A stretch of 64,000 nt of DNA from Isurus oxyrinchus (taxonomy: Eukaryota): NCBI GenBank assembly GCA_026770705.1, contig JANJGN010000034.1:16430001-16494000 (forward strand), read 5' to 3'. The notes below the pieces were generated by a model, which searched no databases, had not been told where the DNA came from, and saw only the letters and a program-made list of their open reading frames with translations. The position numbers and the translations under genes are program-made. Shown here one piece after another: positions 1 to 11,141 of the stretch; position 1 is the first letter of the stretch, and the number at the start of each line of letters is the position of its first letter.

Positions 1-95
1 CGACCTTGGTGGTTCACCGGTCAATGGTTTTCACCAAATCCCCTCTCCAGCGGCCAGTCTCTGCCACAAATCTTTTGCCAACTCATTATGGCTGG

Positions 96-185
96 TCCAA
101 AACAAAAACAGAATTACCTGGAAAAACTCAGCAGGTCTGGCAGCATCGGCGGAGAAGAAAAGAGTTGACGTTTCGAGTCCTCATG
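96..185 (-). mobile_element. ~90-bp 3'-terminal fragment of the Penelope-like element, with an 11-bp target-site duplication
   Basis: Matches the terminal segment of the arms at 7982-8065 and 10964-11053. Flanked by ATGGCTGGTCC at 88-98 and 183-193. Confidence 0.85.
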
Positions 186-242
186 GCTGGTCCCCTGGCA
201 AGGTCCCCCAATTTGTTAACTGCCTGAGTGGGACCCCAATTT

Positions 243-721
243 TGTTATGCTCCCACGGGATGAGGAATGAACTCGCTCCCCTTCTTTGTTCAACCCTCTC
301 AGTTAGTCGCAACAAGGTTAATTTAAAAGGGATCCCTTCACCACCCCTGCCCCCACCACAGTCCAAATGTATTTTTTTTTGGAAGGAGTCAATTTAACCA
401 CCTTTCTCGAGTCAAACAAAAAGTACGTTTATTAGTTACTAAAAACCCGGGGAAAATAATAAAAATGCAACACACATCACACATCAGAAATGAGAAGTTA
501 AGAGTCCAAATAAAAGTTAAAAAAAGATATACGACTCAGTCTTTGGCTTGTCGAGCGGCGTAGATGGTGAAACGTTGCAGCTGTTAAGTTGGGTAATTCC
601 GGTAGAACTGGCTTTGGTAATTTAGCAGTTGGTTTGGAGACACTTGGTTCTGCGGGTTGGCTGAAGAAGCTGCCCTATTTCCTTTTTTGATTGTGACTTC
701 TGCTGCCTTACCTCCAGTAGC

Positions 722-759
<38 letters not shown>

Positions 760-1316
760 CTCGCCTGCAACTGCAGGGGTGGTTAGTCGGTCTTCTTGTT
801 TTATCAAACTCTCAACACACTAGCACACCCTGCACTGCTCTGAAACTAGCTTTTTAACCCAGTTTTCCCCTCCATGTTTTCCTGTTAGGTGGGGAAAAAA
901 CATGTCTTGTGCCCTGGGTTTATTTTCTTTGATCTTCGACCATTTTATGCATTCTGTGATATGAATCAACAGGAGATGGATTTTAGGTGACTGTTGGGAC
1001 TTGGTAATCCGTCTTTTGCTTCTGCAACCACGGGAGATTAAAGTTCAGTCTTTTATATCTTTCCTACCTCCCTCTTAAGTGTCTCTGCTGGAAGAAGGCC
1101 ATGACACCTTTTCAGGCGTGACACTCCGCGTTCTCTCAGGACAGGTCTGTCAGCCTAATCCACATAGGGATTTTTCCAGAAAGTGGTCACTTCACATTAT
1201 CAGCCATTTACATTATCAGGGTCCTTGCTCGTATTTCTTTAAAAACACACTCGTCTTCCCTAAAAAGTTCAATATACCCGGAAGTAACTCGTGGCTGCAG
1301 TTGGCTTTTCATGACA
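243..1316 (-). mobile_element. Probable 5' LTR (~1.07 kb) of an LTR retroelement whose internal part runs off the left edge
   Basis: Termini TGTTATG (243-249) and CATGACA (1310-1316) give TG..CA with a 6/7 inverted repeat. On the minus strand it is followed by AAATTGGGG.. (degenerate tRNA-Pro-type PBS), has AATAAA near 428-433 and an internal (GA)n, and it interrupts the Gypsy pol remnant at 1316. Confidence 0.55.
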
Positions 1317-1805
1317 AAACAGATAAGCATGAAGACACGTGATTCCCAACGCTAAAGCTAACGTCTCCTGCCCAATGTTGGGGGTAGTTGGATTGCATTA
1401 CGGGCAGAGATTTCAAAGCAAAGGCGATGGGCTTGTCTTTATGCAGTCTGCGTGTGCTCCCTGACCTTCCTGTGAGGCATCTATGTCCAGGGGCAGGCCT
1501 CTCCCTAGGATCATAAAATTGCAATGTCCAGTGCTTCTGATAATGACGGCTTCAGAGCTTTGGTTTTCATGCCACAGGAAAGACTCGTCCGTTCCCAATA
1601 ACCCCACTTCGCGATGAGGATTTTTTTGGGGGGTGAAATCGGGAATGTACGGAGACAAGGAATTAAAGAGACCTAGACATTTTCGAAGGTTGTCCTAATC
1701 TTGAGGAGTTGGCATGGCTTTAATACCCTCCATTTTACTTGGATCGGGACATATGCCAGCCCTGGAATGAATAAAACTGAATAAACTGACCAGCTGCACG
1801 TTGAT

Positions 1806-2312
1806 AATCTTTTAAATGAAAACCAAATCAACAAAATCGGGATAAATCAGGCACAGCCCCTAATTCAGGTCAGCCGTAAAACCAAGGACAAAAATTTAAA
1901 GGAACCTTACAAACTTCAAATCAAAATGTGATTAAAGGGGTCAACAAAACACCCCAGTCCCCGCGGTGCCCACCGAGCACGGAAGGCCTCGAGAGTGCCG
2001 GCAGACACCGCGTGCTCCTTCTCCAGGGACATCCGGCAGCGAACGTAGCCGCGGAAGAGGGACAAACAATCGGGCGGGACTCCCCCGTCGATCGCCCGCT
2101 GCCTGGACCTGTTAACGGCCAACTTGGCCAGGCCCAGGAGCAGGTTCACGAGGAGGTCCTCCTCCTTCCCGACCCCCTTCCGCACCGGGTGCCCATAGAT
2201 CAAGAGCGTGGGGCTGAAGTGCAAACAAAACATCAATAAAAGGTTTTTCAAATAACTAAAAAGGGAGTGCAGCCTACAACACCCTATGTATACATGGTCC
2301 ACAAGACCGCAA
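1806..2312 (-). mobile_element. 5'-truncated Tx1/L1-clade LINE (ORF2 C-terminus + 3'UTR) nested in the Gypsy pol
   Basis: ORF 1916-2302 (DHVYIGCCRL..LLVNLLLGLAKLAV..AFRARW) resembles the Tx1-type ORF2 C-terminus. Flanked by GTTGAT at 1800-1805 and 2313-2318 (putative TSD); Gypsy RT continues on both sides. Confidence 0.75.
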
Positions 2313-2403
2313 GTTGATGTCGCACTTTAGACTTTTGAATGCCAATCCTTCATGACGGGCTGCTTGCGTCAGTAGATGAAGATTGCTGTCACGTTCTTGC
2401 TTT

Positions 2404-2798
2404 GTTATTCCCACATCAGTAACATCACCGGCCATACAGACACAATCTGGAGCATTGTATGTATTTCCACATCAGTAACATCACCGGTGATACATACACA
2501 ATCTGGAGCATTGCATGTATTTCCACATCAGTAACATCACCGGTGATACATACACAATCTGGAGCATTGCATGTATTTCCACATCAGTAACATCACCGGT
2601 GATACATACACAATCTGGAGCATTGCATGTATTTCCACATCAGTAACATCACCGGTGATACATACACAATCTGGAGCATTGCATGTATTCCCACATCAGT
2701 AATGTCACCGGCCATACAGACACAATCTGGAGCATTGCATGTATTCCCACATCAGTAATGTCACCGGTGATACAGACACAATCTGGAGCATTGCATAT
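2404..2798. repeat. 56-bp tandem repeat, ~7 copies, derived from the Gypsy RT catalytic-motif segment
   Basis: CCACATCAGT recurs at 2411, 2467, 2523, 2579, 2635, 2691 and 2747. The minus strand translates NAPDCVC(I/M)xGDVTDVG. Confidence 0.9.
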
Positions 2799-5194
2799 AA
2801 TGCGGTCCACGTGAGGTTGAAAGAGGTCCTGGCTGACAGCTAGCCTTAAAGGAAGTTGTTGGAAAGCAGCGTTGTCCTACTGGGATACGAAAGCTCTTGG
2901 GCCTTCCCTGTGAGACGTACTGGCCAGCAGCCATGCTTGGCATCAATCTTCGAGAAGAGCTTTGCACTGGCAGATCTTGGATTAACTCCTCCAATCTGGG
3001 TATTTTGTAAGGATAACATTTCAAATCCACATTTAAGTGTTATGAACTAAGGCCTACTCTCAATGATCCATCCTTCTTTATGACATCCTGTGATTGAGCT
3101 GCACCAATCAATGTGCTCTTGCACTCTTCTAGTGACACCGCCTTTCTCTATTTTGTCTAATTCGACCTTCAGTTTGCCTTGTCTATGGATGCTGCCCTTA
3201 CGTGGCGGATCAACTGATGGATTTGCATTCCCCTGTAAATACATGGTCGCTGTTTCCTTGAAACTACCAATCTTGTTGAAACATTCCAGATATTTTGATT
3301 TTAGGCAGTGACCTGAGTAGTTTCTGAGGTTGACCCATGTGAGATCTGACTGAATCCGTGGATTGTCACCAGTGTGAGGTCACGACATACTGAGTAGACC
3401 TACAGTCACTGGGCCTTTGGTTTCTACCATGTAAAACCTCTGTGCCACCCAGGAGGATTGACTGCACTCCAGGACTACGGAACCTGTACATGGAATTAAT
3501 GAACCATTGACTGCTGAGAGTTTCACAGCAGTAGGTTTCTCCATGGCCTTCCATGCCTGTGGTTACATTTCTTTCAGAATCCGCAGGGGTAGTATGTTGG
3601 CACTTGGGCCTTGTGTCAGGCTTGGTCAATAATAAGTACTTACCAACTTTCTTAGGGCAAATCATTTGAATCTTGGCAAACACTTTGTATGGTGTGACAG
3701 CATCAATGTTTTCTGTGAGATTGACGGTGTGAATCATGTGTTCACCGTTCCTCGTCTCATTGTCCACATCATCGCCATTTCCTGGTTTGTCCGTCACCAC
3801 ATGTATATGTTCCTGATGGGATAGCGGATGGTCATTCTTATTGCTTGAAGGTTCCCCGTTGTGTAGGGTCTGTTTGGATCAGCGCACGGCTCTTTGTAGC
3901 TGCATCAGCCTTTGCTCTAGTGCCCTGCCGCTGTCAATGGCCCTTTCTGCCACAAGCCTTGCAGGATTGGTGGAAAGCTGGGCATTTCCTTGGGGCCTGC
4001 AGAAGGCCACACCTTCCACACGTCTCACTAGGTTTGGATGTTCTAGTGAGTGTGTCAACAATTGATGTTGTACTGAGGACCTGTAAGCTTCGTTGACCTG
4101 CGAGGATCACTTCGTATTTATGTCCATCCTTGAGTAGCTCTTCAATGCTATAGGTTTTGGTCTTATCTAGCAGATCTTTCTGGAAGGCTTCCATGGGAGT
4201 GGATGCGATCACCAACTCAACAACTCTGTCTGCAGGCTCTGTGTTTGAAATCACAGTGCGTACCCTTTTCTCTACATCGGCTGATGAAGTGGTCTATGGA
4301 TTGTGTAGGCTGATGAAATGACATAAACTCTAGTTGATGAATATGGAGTTTCACCTGATTCTGAACCTGTCTTCCAATATCGTCCATATCTACTGGGGAT
4401 CCTTTCGCTCTTCTGCTGTTAATCCTGACGTGTTCAGCCTGCGTAGACCTTCATTCCCAATCGCGAGGTGAATTTTTATGGCTTGTTCGTCTGGTTCAGT
4501 CACCCCTGAATCAGGAAACCAGAGCTCTGTACGCTGTTTAAACATTCTGAATTCAGATAGTCGGTCAGCTCCATCCCAGTTCAAACTGGGGAATTTCGTG
4601 GACATTCTTCATTGCCTGTGAAGCGCTCTGGGACATCCTGAGGTAAGAAAAGGCGGGAGAGAAATGCGGGTTCTTTATATACATCAGGAATGAAGGAATG
4701 TGACTCGATATGCTCCAGTTGTTAAAATGATGTGTGTAACTGGGCTGATATTGAACTGAATTTGACCTGGAGAATGGGGAGGTGTTGAGAGCTCTTAAAT
4801 TTGTCTCACCGGACGGGGAGATCACTGGGTCGGGTAGGGGGAAAAAGGGATCTTGGATAGGAATGCATCAATCACTGAAAGCTGAGCCACAGGTTAGCGA
4901 GGCCGTAAAACCAAGCAAACCAAACGCCAGGCTTTAACTCTGGAGAGTTAGAATTGAAAACAGGCTCTGCTAAACCAGCACCAACCCCGGATTGGTGGTT
5001 GGGGGCCGGGGGGGTGGGGGGGGGGGGTGTGTGTGGTGGGGGGATGTGGGGGAGGTAGGAGGGGGCTGGAGGACATCACAATGGGCCTCTGGAAGGCGTT
5101 CCAGTGACGGGTCACTGAACCCTTCCTGGATTTCAGGGCCTAATCTTCACTGGAGCAGTCCTGGGCTACAGGCGTCGAGAATTTTTTAAAAATG

Positions 5195-5405
5195 CATTCA
5201 CGGGGTGTGGGTGTCTCTGGCGGCGCCCAGCATTTTATTGCCCATCCCTAGCTGCCCCTTGAGAAGGTGGTGGTGAGCTGCCTCCTTGAACCGCTGCAGT
5301 CCCCGTGTGGTGTAAGGTCCAGCCCCGGGCGCTGCTGGGGAGGGAGCTCTAGGGTTTTGACCCAGCCACGGTGAAGGGGACGGCCGATAGATTTCCGAGT
5401 CGGGC
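5195..5405 (-). mobile_element. 3' tail fragment of the HER1-like CR1-group LINE
   Basis: Same tail (..GCTCACCACCACCTTCTCAAGGGGCA..GGGATGGGCAATAAA..) as the full copy at 56418-62993. Confidence 0.8.
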
Positions 5406-5699
5406 TGCAGTTTAGATACGGCGCCGGGAGTGAGGGAGCGGTGAGGTAACGGCGTGACCGGCGACTCTAGGCCAGCCAGCCAGCCAGCGAGACGGTGTGT
5501 TTCCTGCGGCTGGGTAATTAACGAGGCGGGATGGGTGGGGGGGGGTGCCCAATAGGGTGCAGAAAGCTGCCATTGTGGCTGATGGGTAAAACACTGGCCA
5601 CTCCCACGCTTGGTGCAAATCTGGGACAATTCCAACCATGAGTGACATCCATTAGTGACGATCTCATATCGATGGCCCCCTGCGGGGAAGAGAATAACT

Positions 5700-6500
5700 A
5701 GGGGGCCATCGATGTGAAATTGTCACTAATAAACCCAATGGGGAATTTAGGAGAAACCTCTTTACCCAGAGAGTTGGGGGGGGTGGGGTGGAATGTGGAA
5801 CTCGCTCCCACAGGGAGTGGAGGAGGTGAATAGTGTCCATGTGTTTAAACAAGCAGATGAGGGAGAGAGGAAGCGAGGGGTTAGAATGATAGAGTTGGGT
5901 GAGGAATATAGGAGGAGGTTCAAGTAGAGTGTAAACAGCAGCATGGTCTGTTTGGGCCTGTTTCTGTGCCGTATAATCCTGAGTAACCCCTGGTGTAAAC
6001 CAGTCGAGAGAGAGCGGGACAATGAGAATGAAACGATGAATTCTGTGACTCCAGAGAAAACTCTGGAGCGCCCTTTCAGTCACTCCTCACACATTCAAAC
6101 GCTGAAGGGAATTTCTCTCGACGCCAGTCGTCGTGCGGGTGAGATTGAGTTGCACCAACTGTGGGTGGGAGCAAGCGACGAGTCAGAATTCCGCCCCCCC
6201 CCCGCCCCCACTGAATCGCCATCTTTCGCTAAACCCGAAACCACACCAACTTCTATTTGCCAACAGTGTCAAACATCAAGGGCCTTTCAGCCCATCCTGC
6301 CTGTGCCGGCTCATTGCAAGCCCTATCCAATCAGTCCCCACTCTCCCCCACCCCGCTGCTCTTTCCCCCGCCACCCCCCACAGCCCCGCAAATGTTTCCC
6401 CTTTCAAGTATTTCTCCGATTTCCCCCCCCCTTTGGAAAGTTCCGATTGAATCTGCTTCCACCGCCCTTTCAGGCAGCGCCTTCCAGATCACAGCAACTG
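5700..6500. mobile_element. Two degenerate CR1 3'-end fragments (about 5700-5975 + strand, about 6275-6500 - strand) around a short unique island
   Basis: TTTACCCAGAGAGT..TGGAACTCGCTCCCAC and GAAAGTTCCGATTGAATCTGCTTCCACCGCCCTTTCAGGCAGCGC are shared with other CR1 copies in the window. Confidence 0.65.
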
Positions 6501-7199
6501 GCCTCTTCATCTCTCGAGGATGCAGCCGTCACAATTTTCCTAAGCCCTTGACCTCAGCCAACAGAAGCGTGCTGAGATCAAAGGGGCACAGCAATGACAT
6601 CAGACAAACGTATGGTGATTGTATAAACCACTCTTTCCATGAGGAACAGCTTTTTGGGTGAGCAGTACACAAGAACTATCTAAAATTAGTAAGAATGTGC
6701 TATTCCACCCAGACAAACCACAGCTTCTCTATTTGTCTCCGGACGCACTTCAAACAAACACAAAGAAAGATTCACCTCATTATCGTTCTGACAGAAGCGC
6801 GTCTTCAAAGGGGTCCCTGAGGGGCTGACTCCCTCTTTAAACAGGGTCCCTGATGGAGAGACTCATTATTTCATGTTTAAGTTATTTATTTGTCTGTGGG
6901 TAACGTTAGCATTCGATAAACATGTGTTGAATTAATCTCCAGATCAATCCCTGGTGTCTGAGCACTCAGACCAGGTCAATACCTCCTACCTGCCCTGACA
7001 CAGTGCCCTCGCCTGTCAATGCACAGACCGTCATGTGCTAAACTTGTCAAATTCTCCATTTCCTTCTGTCCTCGCAAACTGGACGTTGAGCTCACACAAA
7101 GCTTTCATTTTTACTGTCAATGCCTTCACTTCCTCTTCCTCAGGAACAACAGGATAGATAGACAGTTCAGCGATTGCAGGGCTGGACACAGCCCCACGC

Positions 7200-7489
7200 A
7201 GAAACCCAGACACAGACCCTGACAAACACACAAACACAAACTGAGATCCCGACCTATACATGGACCCTCACGTGGACCCAAACACGGATGCAGACCCACA
7301 TAGAGACCCAGACCCGAACCACACACACACACACACACACATATGAACACAGACACAGATTCACGCAGATCAACATGCACTCACACACAGAGACCTACGC
7401 TTAAACACTGACAGATACACACTCACTCATACACTCATATACACTCACACTTACACTCACTCACTTTCATCCACTCACATACTCGCACA
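7200..7489. repeat. Degenerate (CA)n/(CACT)n microsatellite running into an assembly gap (7490-7905)
   Basis: Direct inspection. Confidence 0.9.
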
Positions 7490-7905
7490 NNNNNNNNNNN
7501 NNNNNNNNNNNNNNNNNNNNNNNNNNNNNNNNNNNNNNNNNNNNNNNNNNNNNNNNNNNNNNNNNNNNNNNNNNNNNNNNNNNNNNNNNNNNNNNNNNNN
7601 NNNNNNNNNNNNNNNNNNNNNNNNNNNNNNNNNNNNNNNNNNNNNNNNNNNNNNNNNNNNNNNNNNNNNNNNNNNNNNNNNNNNNNNNNNNNNNNNNNNN
7701 NNNNNNNNNNNNNNNNNNNNNNNNNNNNNNNNNNNNNNNNNNNNNNNNNNNNNNNNNNNNNNNNNNNNNNNNNNNNNNNNNNNNNNNNNNNNNNNNNNNN
7801 NNNNNNNNNNNNNNNNNNNNNNNNNNNNNNNNNNNNNNNNNNNNNNNNNNNNNNNNNNNNNNNNNNNNNNNNNNNNNNNNNNNNNNNNNNNNNNNNNNNN
7901 NNNNN

Positions 7906-7981
7906 CCCTATCTATTTATCTACCTATCTATCTATCTGTCTGTCTATCTATCTATCCATCTGCCAACCTATCTATCTATCT
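7906..7981. repeat. (TATC)n/(TGTC)n microsatellite, left flank of the Penelope palindrome
   Basis: Direct inspection; same orientation as the right flank. Confidence 0.9.
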
Positions 7982-9515
7982 ACAAAAACAGAATTACCTG
8001 GAAAAACTCAGCAGGTCTGGCAGCATCGGCGGAGAAGAAAAGAGTTGACGTTTCGAGTCCTCATGACCCTTCGACAGAACTTGATTTCGAGTCCAAGAAA
8101 GAGTTGAAATATAAGCTGGTTTAAGGTGTGTGTGTGGGGGGGCGGAGAGAGAGTGAGAGACAGAGGTGCTTGTGTAGACAAACAAGCAGTGATAGAAGCA
8201 GATCATCAAAAGATGTCAGCGACAATGGTACAAAAGAACACATAGGTGTTAAAGTTAAAGTTGGTGATATTATCTAAACGAATGTGCGAATTAAGAATGG
8301 ATGGTAGGGCACTCAAGGTACAGCTCTAGTGGGGGTGGGGGGAGCATAAAAGATTTTAAAATATTTAAAAATAATGGAAATAGGTGGGAAAAGAAAAATC
8401 TATAAAATTTATAGGGAAAAAAAAGGGGAAAAAAAAGGGGGAAACAGAAAGGGGGTGGGGGGGAAGGGGGAGGGAGTTCACGACCTAAAGTTATTGAATT
8501 CAATATTCAGACCGGAAGGCTGTAAGGTGCCTAGTCGGAAGATGAGGTGTTGTTCCTCCAGTTTGCGTTGGGCTTCACTGGAACAATGCAGTAAGCCAAG
8601 GACAGACATGTGGGCAAGAGAGCAGGGTGGAGTGTTAAAATGGCAAGCGACAGGGAGGTTTGGGTCATTCTTGCGGACAGACCGCAGGTGTTCTGCAAAG
8701 CGGTCGCCCAGTTTACGTTTGGTCTCTCCAATGTAGAGGAGACCACATTGGGAGCAACAAATGCAGTAGACTAAGTTGGGGGAAATGCAAGTGAAATGCT
8801 GCTTCACTTGAAAGGAGTGTTTGGGCCCTTGGACGGTGAGGAGAGAGGAAGTGAAGGGGCAGGTGTTACATCTTTTGCGTGGGCATGGGGTGGTGCCATA
8901 GGAGGGGGTTGAGGAGTAGGGGGTGATGGAGGAGTGGACCAGGGTGTCCCGGAGGGAGCGATCCCTACGGAATGCCGATAAGGGGGGTGAAGGGAAGATG
9001 TGTTTGGTGGTGGCATCATGCTGGAGTTGGCGGAAATGACGGAGGATGATCCTTTGAATGCGGAGGCTGGTGGGGTGATAAGTGAGGACAAGGGGGACCC
9101 TATCATGTTTCTGGGAGGGAGGAGAAGGCGTGAGGGCGGATGCGTGGGAGATGGGCCGGACACGGTTGAGGGCCCTGTCAACGACCGTCGGTGGAAAACC
9201 TCGGTTAAGGAAGAAGGAGGACATGTCAGAGGAACCGTTTTTGAAGGTAGCATCATCGGAACAGATGCGACGAAGGCGAAGGAACTGGGAGAATGGGATG
9301 GAGTCCTTACAGGAAGCGGGGTGTGAGGAGCTGTAGTCGAGGTAGCTGTGGGAGTCGGTGGGTTTGTAATGGATATTGGTGGACAGTCTATCACCAGAGA
9401 TTGAGACAGAGAGGTCAAGGAAGGGAAGGGAAGTGTCAGAGATGGACCACGTGAAAATGATGGAGGGGTGGAGATTGGAAGCAAAATTAATAAATTTTTC
9501 CAAGTCCCGACGAGA
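7982..9515 (-). mobile_element. Penelope-like element (Neptune-type), left arm of an inverted pair; 5'-truncated
   Basis: Uninterrupted frame 8478-9503: RT C-terminus/thumb (LPFLDLSV, HYKPTD, SHP..K.SIPFSQFLRLRRICS), Cys linker CPRKRCNTC, GIY-YIG endonuclease (LVYCICCSQCGLLYIGETKRKLGDRFAEH..GLN), followed by ~500 nt of non-coding terminus. Confidence 0.92.
8043..8081 (-). ncRNA. Minimal type I hammerhead-ribozyme-like motif (variant core CUGUCGA)
   Basis: Reverse complement of the motif at 10948-10986. Confidence 0.6.
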
Positions 9516-9520
9516 AAAGT

Positions 9521-11084
9521 TTGGAAAAATTTATTAAATTTGCTTCCAATCTCCACCCCTCCATCATTTTCACGTGGTCCATCTCTGACACTTCCCTTCC
9601 CTTCCTTGACCTCTCTGTCTCAATCTCTGGTGATAGACTGTCCACCAATATCCATTACAAACCCACCGACTCCCACAGCTACCTCGACTACAGCTCCTCA
9701 CACCCCGCTTCCTGTAAGGACTCCATCCCATTCTCCCAGTTCCTTCGCCTTCGTCGCATCTGTTCCGATGATGCTACCTTCAAAAACTGTTCCTCTGACA
9801 TGTCCTCCTTCTTCCTTAACCGAGGTTTTCCACCGACGGTCGTTGACAGGGCCCTCAACCGTGTCCGGCCCATCTCCCGCGTATCCGCCCTCACGCCTTC
9901 TCCTCCCTCCCAGAAACATGATAGGGTCCCCCTTGTCCTCACTTATCACCCCACCAGCCTCCGCATTCAAAGGATCATCCTCCGCCATTTCCGCCAACTC
10001 CAGCATGATGCCACCACCAAACACATCTTCCCTTCACCCCCCTTATCGGCATTCCGTAGGGATCGCTCCCTCCGGGACACCCTGGTCCACTCCTCCATCA
10101 CCCCCTACTCCTCAACCCCCTCCTATGGCACCACCCCATGCCCACGCAAAAGATGTAACACCTGCCCCTTCACTTCCTCTCTCCTCACCGTCCAAGGGCC
10201 CAAACACTCCTTTCAAGTGAAGCAGCATTTCACTTGCATTTCCCCCAACTTAGTCTACTGCATTCGTTGCTCCCAATGTGGTCTCCTCTACATTGGAGAG
10301 ACCAAATGTAAACTGGGCGACCGCTTTGCAGAACACCTGCGGTCTGTCCGCAAGAATGACCCAAACCTCCCTGTGGCTTGCCATTTTAACACTCCACCCT
10401 GCTCTCTTGCCCACATGTCTGTCCTTGGCTTACTGCATTGTTCCAGTGAAGCCCAACGCAAACTGGAGGAACAACACCTCATCTTCCGACTAGGCACCTT
10501 ACAGCCTTCCGGTCTGAATATTGAATTCAATAACTTTAGGTCGTGAGCTCCCTCCCCCTTCTCCCCCCCCACCCCCTTTCTGTTTCCCCCTTTTTTTTCC
10601 CCTTTTTTTTCCCTATAAATTTTATAGATTTTTCTTTTCCCACCTATTTCCATTATTTTTAAATATTTTAAAATCTTTTATGCTCCCCCCACCCCCACTA
10701 GAGCTGTACCTTGAGTGCCCTACCATCCATTCTTAATTAGCACATTCGTTTAGATAATATCACCAACTTTAACTTTAACACCTATGTGTTCTTTTGTACC
10801 ATTGTCGCTGACATCTTTTGATGATCTGCTTCTATCACTGCTTGTTTGTCTACACAAGCACCTCTGTCTCTCACTCTCTCTCCACCCCCCCCCTCCCACA
10901 CACCTTAAACCAGCTTATATTTCAACTCTTTCTTGGACTCGAAATCAAGTTCTGTCGAAGGGTCATGAGGACTCGAAACGTCAACTCTTTTCTTCTCCGC
11001 CGATGCTGCCAGACCTGCTGAGTTTTTCCAGGTAATTCTGTTTTTGTTTTGGATTTCCAGCATCCGCAGTTTTCTTGGTTTTTA
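9521..11084 (+). mobile_element. Penelope-like element (Neptune-type), right arm of an inverted pair; 5'-truncated
   Basis: Uninterrupted frame 9521-10546, 341 aa, differing from the left arm at about 6 residues. Same terminus, extending ~37 nt further. Confidence 0.92.
10948..10986 (+). ncRNA. Minimal type I hammerhead-ribozyme-like motif (variant core CUGUCGA)
   Basis: AGTT-CTGTCGA-A-GGGTC atgag GACTC-GAAAC-GTC-AACT gives stem I AGTT/AACT, stem II GGGTC/GACTC, GAAA, palindromic ACGT stem III and a GUC cleavage triplet at 10980-10982. Minimal hammerheads in Penelope-like element termini are established. Confidence 0.65.
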
Positions 11085-11141
11085 TATCTATCTATCTATC
11101 TGTCTGTCTGTCTGTCTATCTATGTATCTATCTATTTGTCT
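11085..11141. repeat. (TATC)n/(TGTC)n microsatellite, right flank of the Penelope palindrome; abuts gap 11142-11292
   Basis: Direct inspection. Confidence 0.9.

Larger units (their letters stand above)
1317..4830 (-). mobile_element. Degenerate Ty3/Gypsy LTR-retrotransposon gag-pol remnant
   Basis: Collinear minus-strand fragments: gag N-terminus (4390-4605), Zn knuckles CGRCG..CPAFHQSCKACGRKGH (3934-4030), protease region (3600-3700), RT start (..KVELDKIEKGGV..DWCSSI, 3047-3244), RT motifs VSQDLFQPHVDRII..CVCITGD (2760-2837), and RT-thumb/RNase H LSPYIPDF..FYDP..IDASQEG..KPIAFA (1410-1660). Many stops and frameshifts. Confidence 0.8.

Noticed and set aside
8478-10546. Two 341-aa ORFs as a divergent host gene pair
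   Set aside because: They are 5'-truncated Penelope RT-thumb/GIY-YIG fragments beginning at TTG, lacking the RT core and any promoter space.
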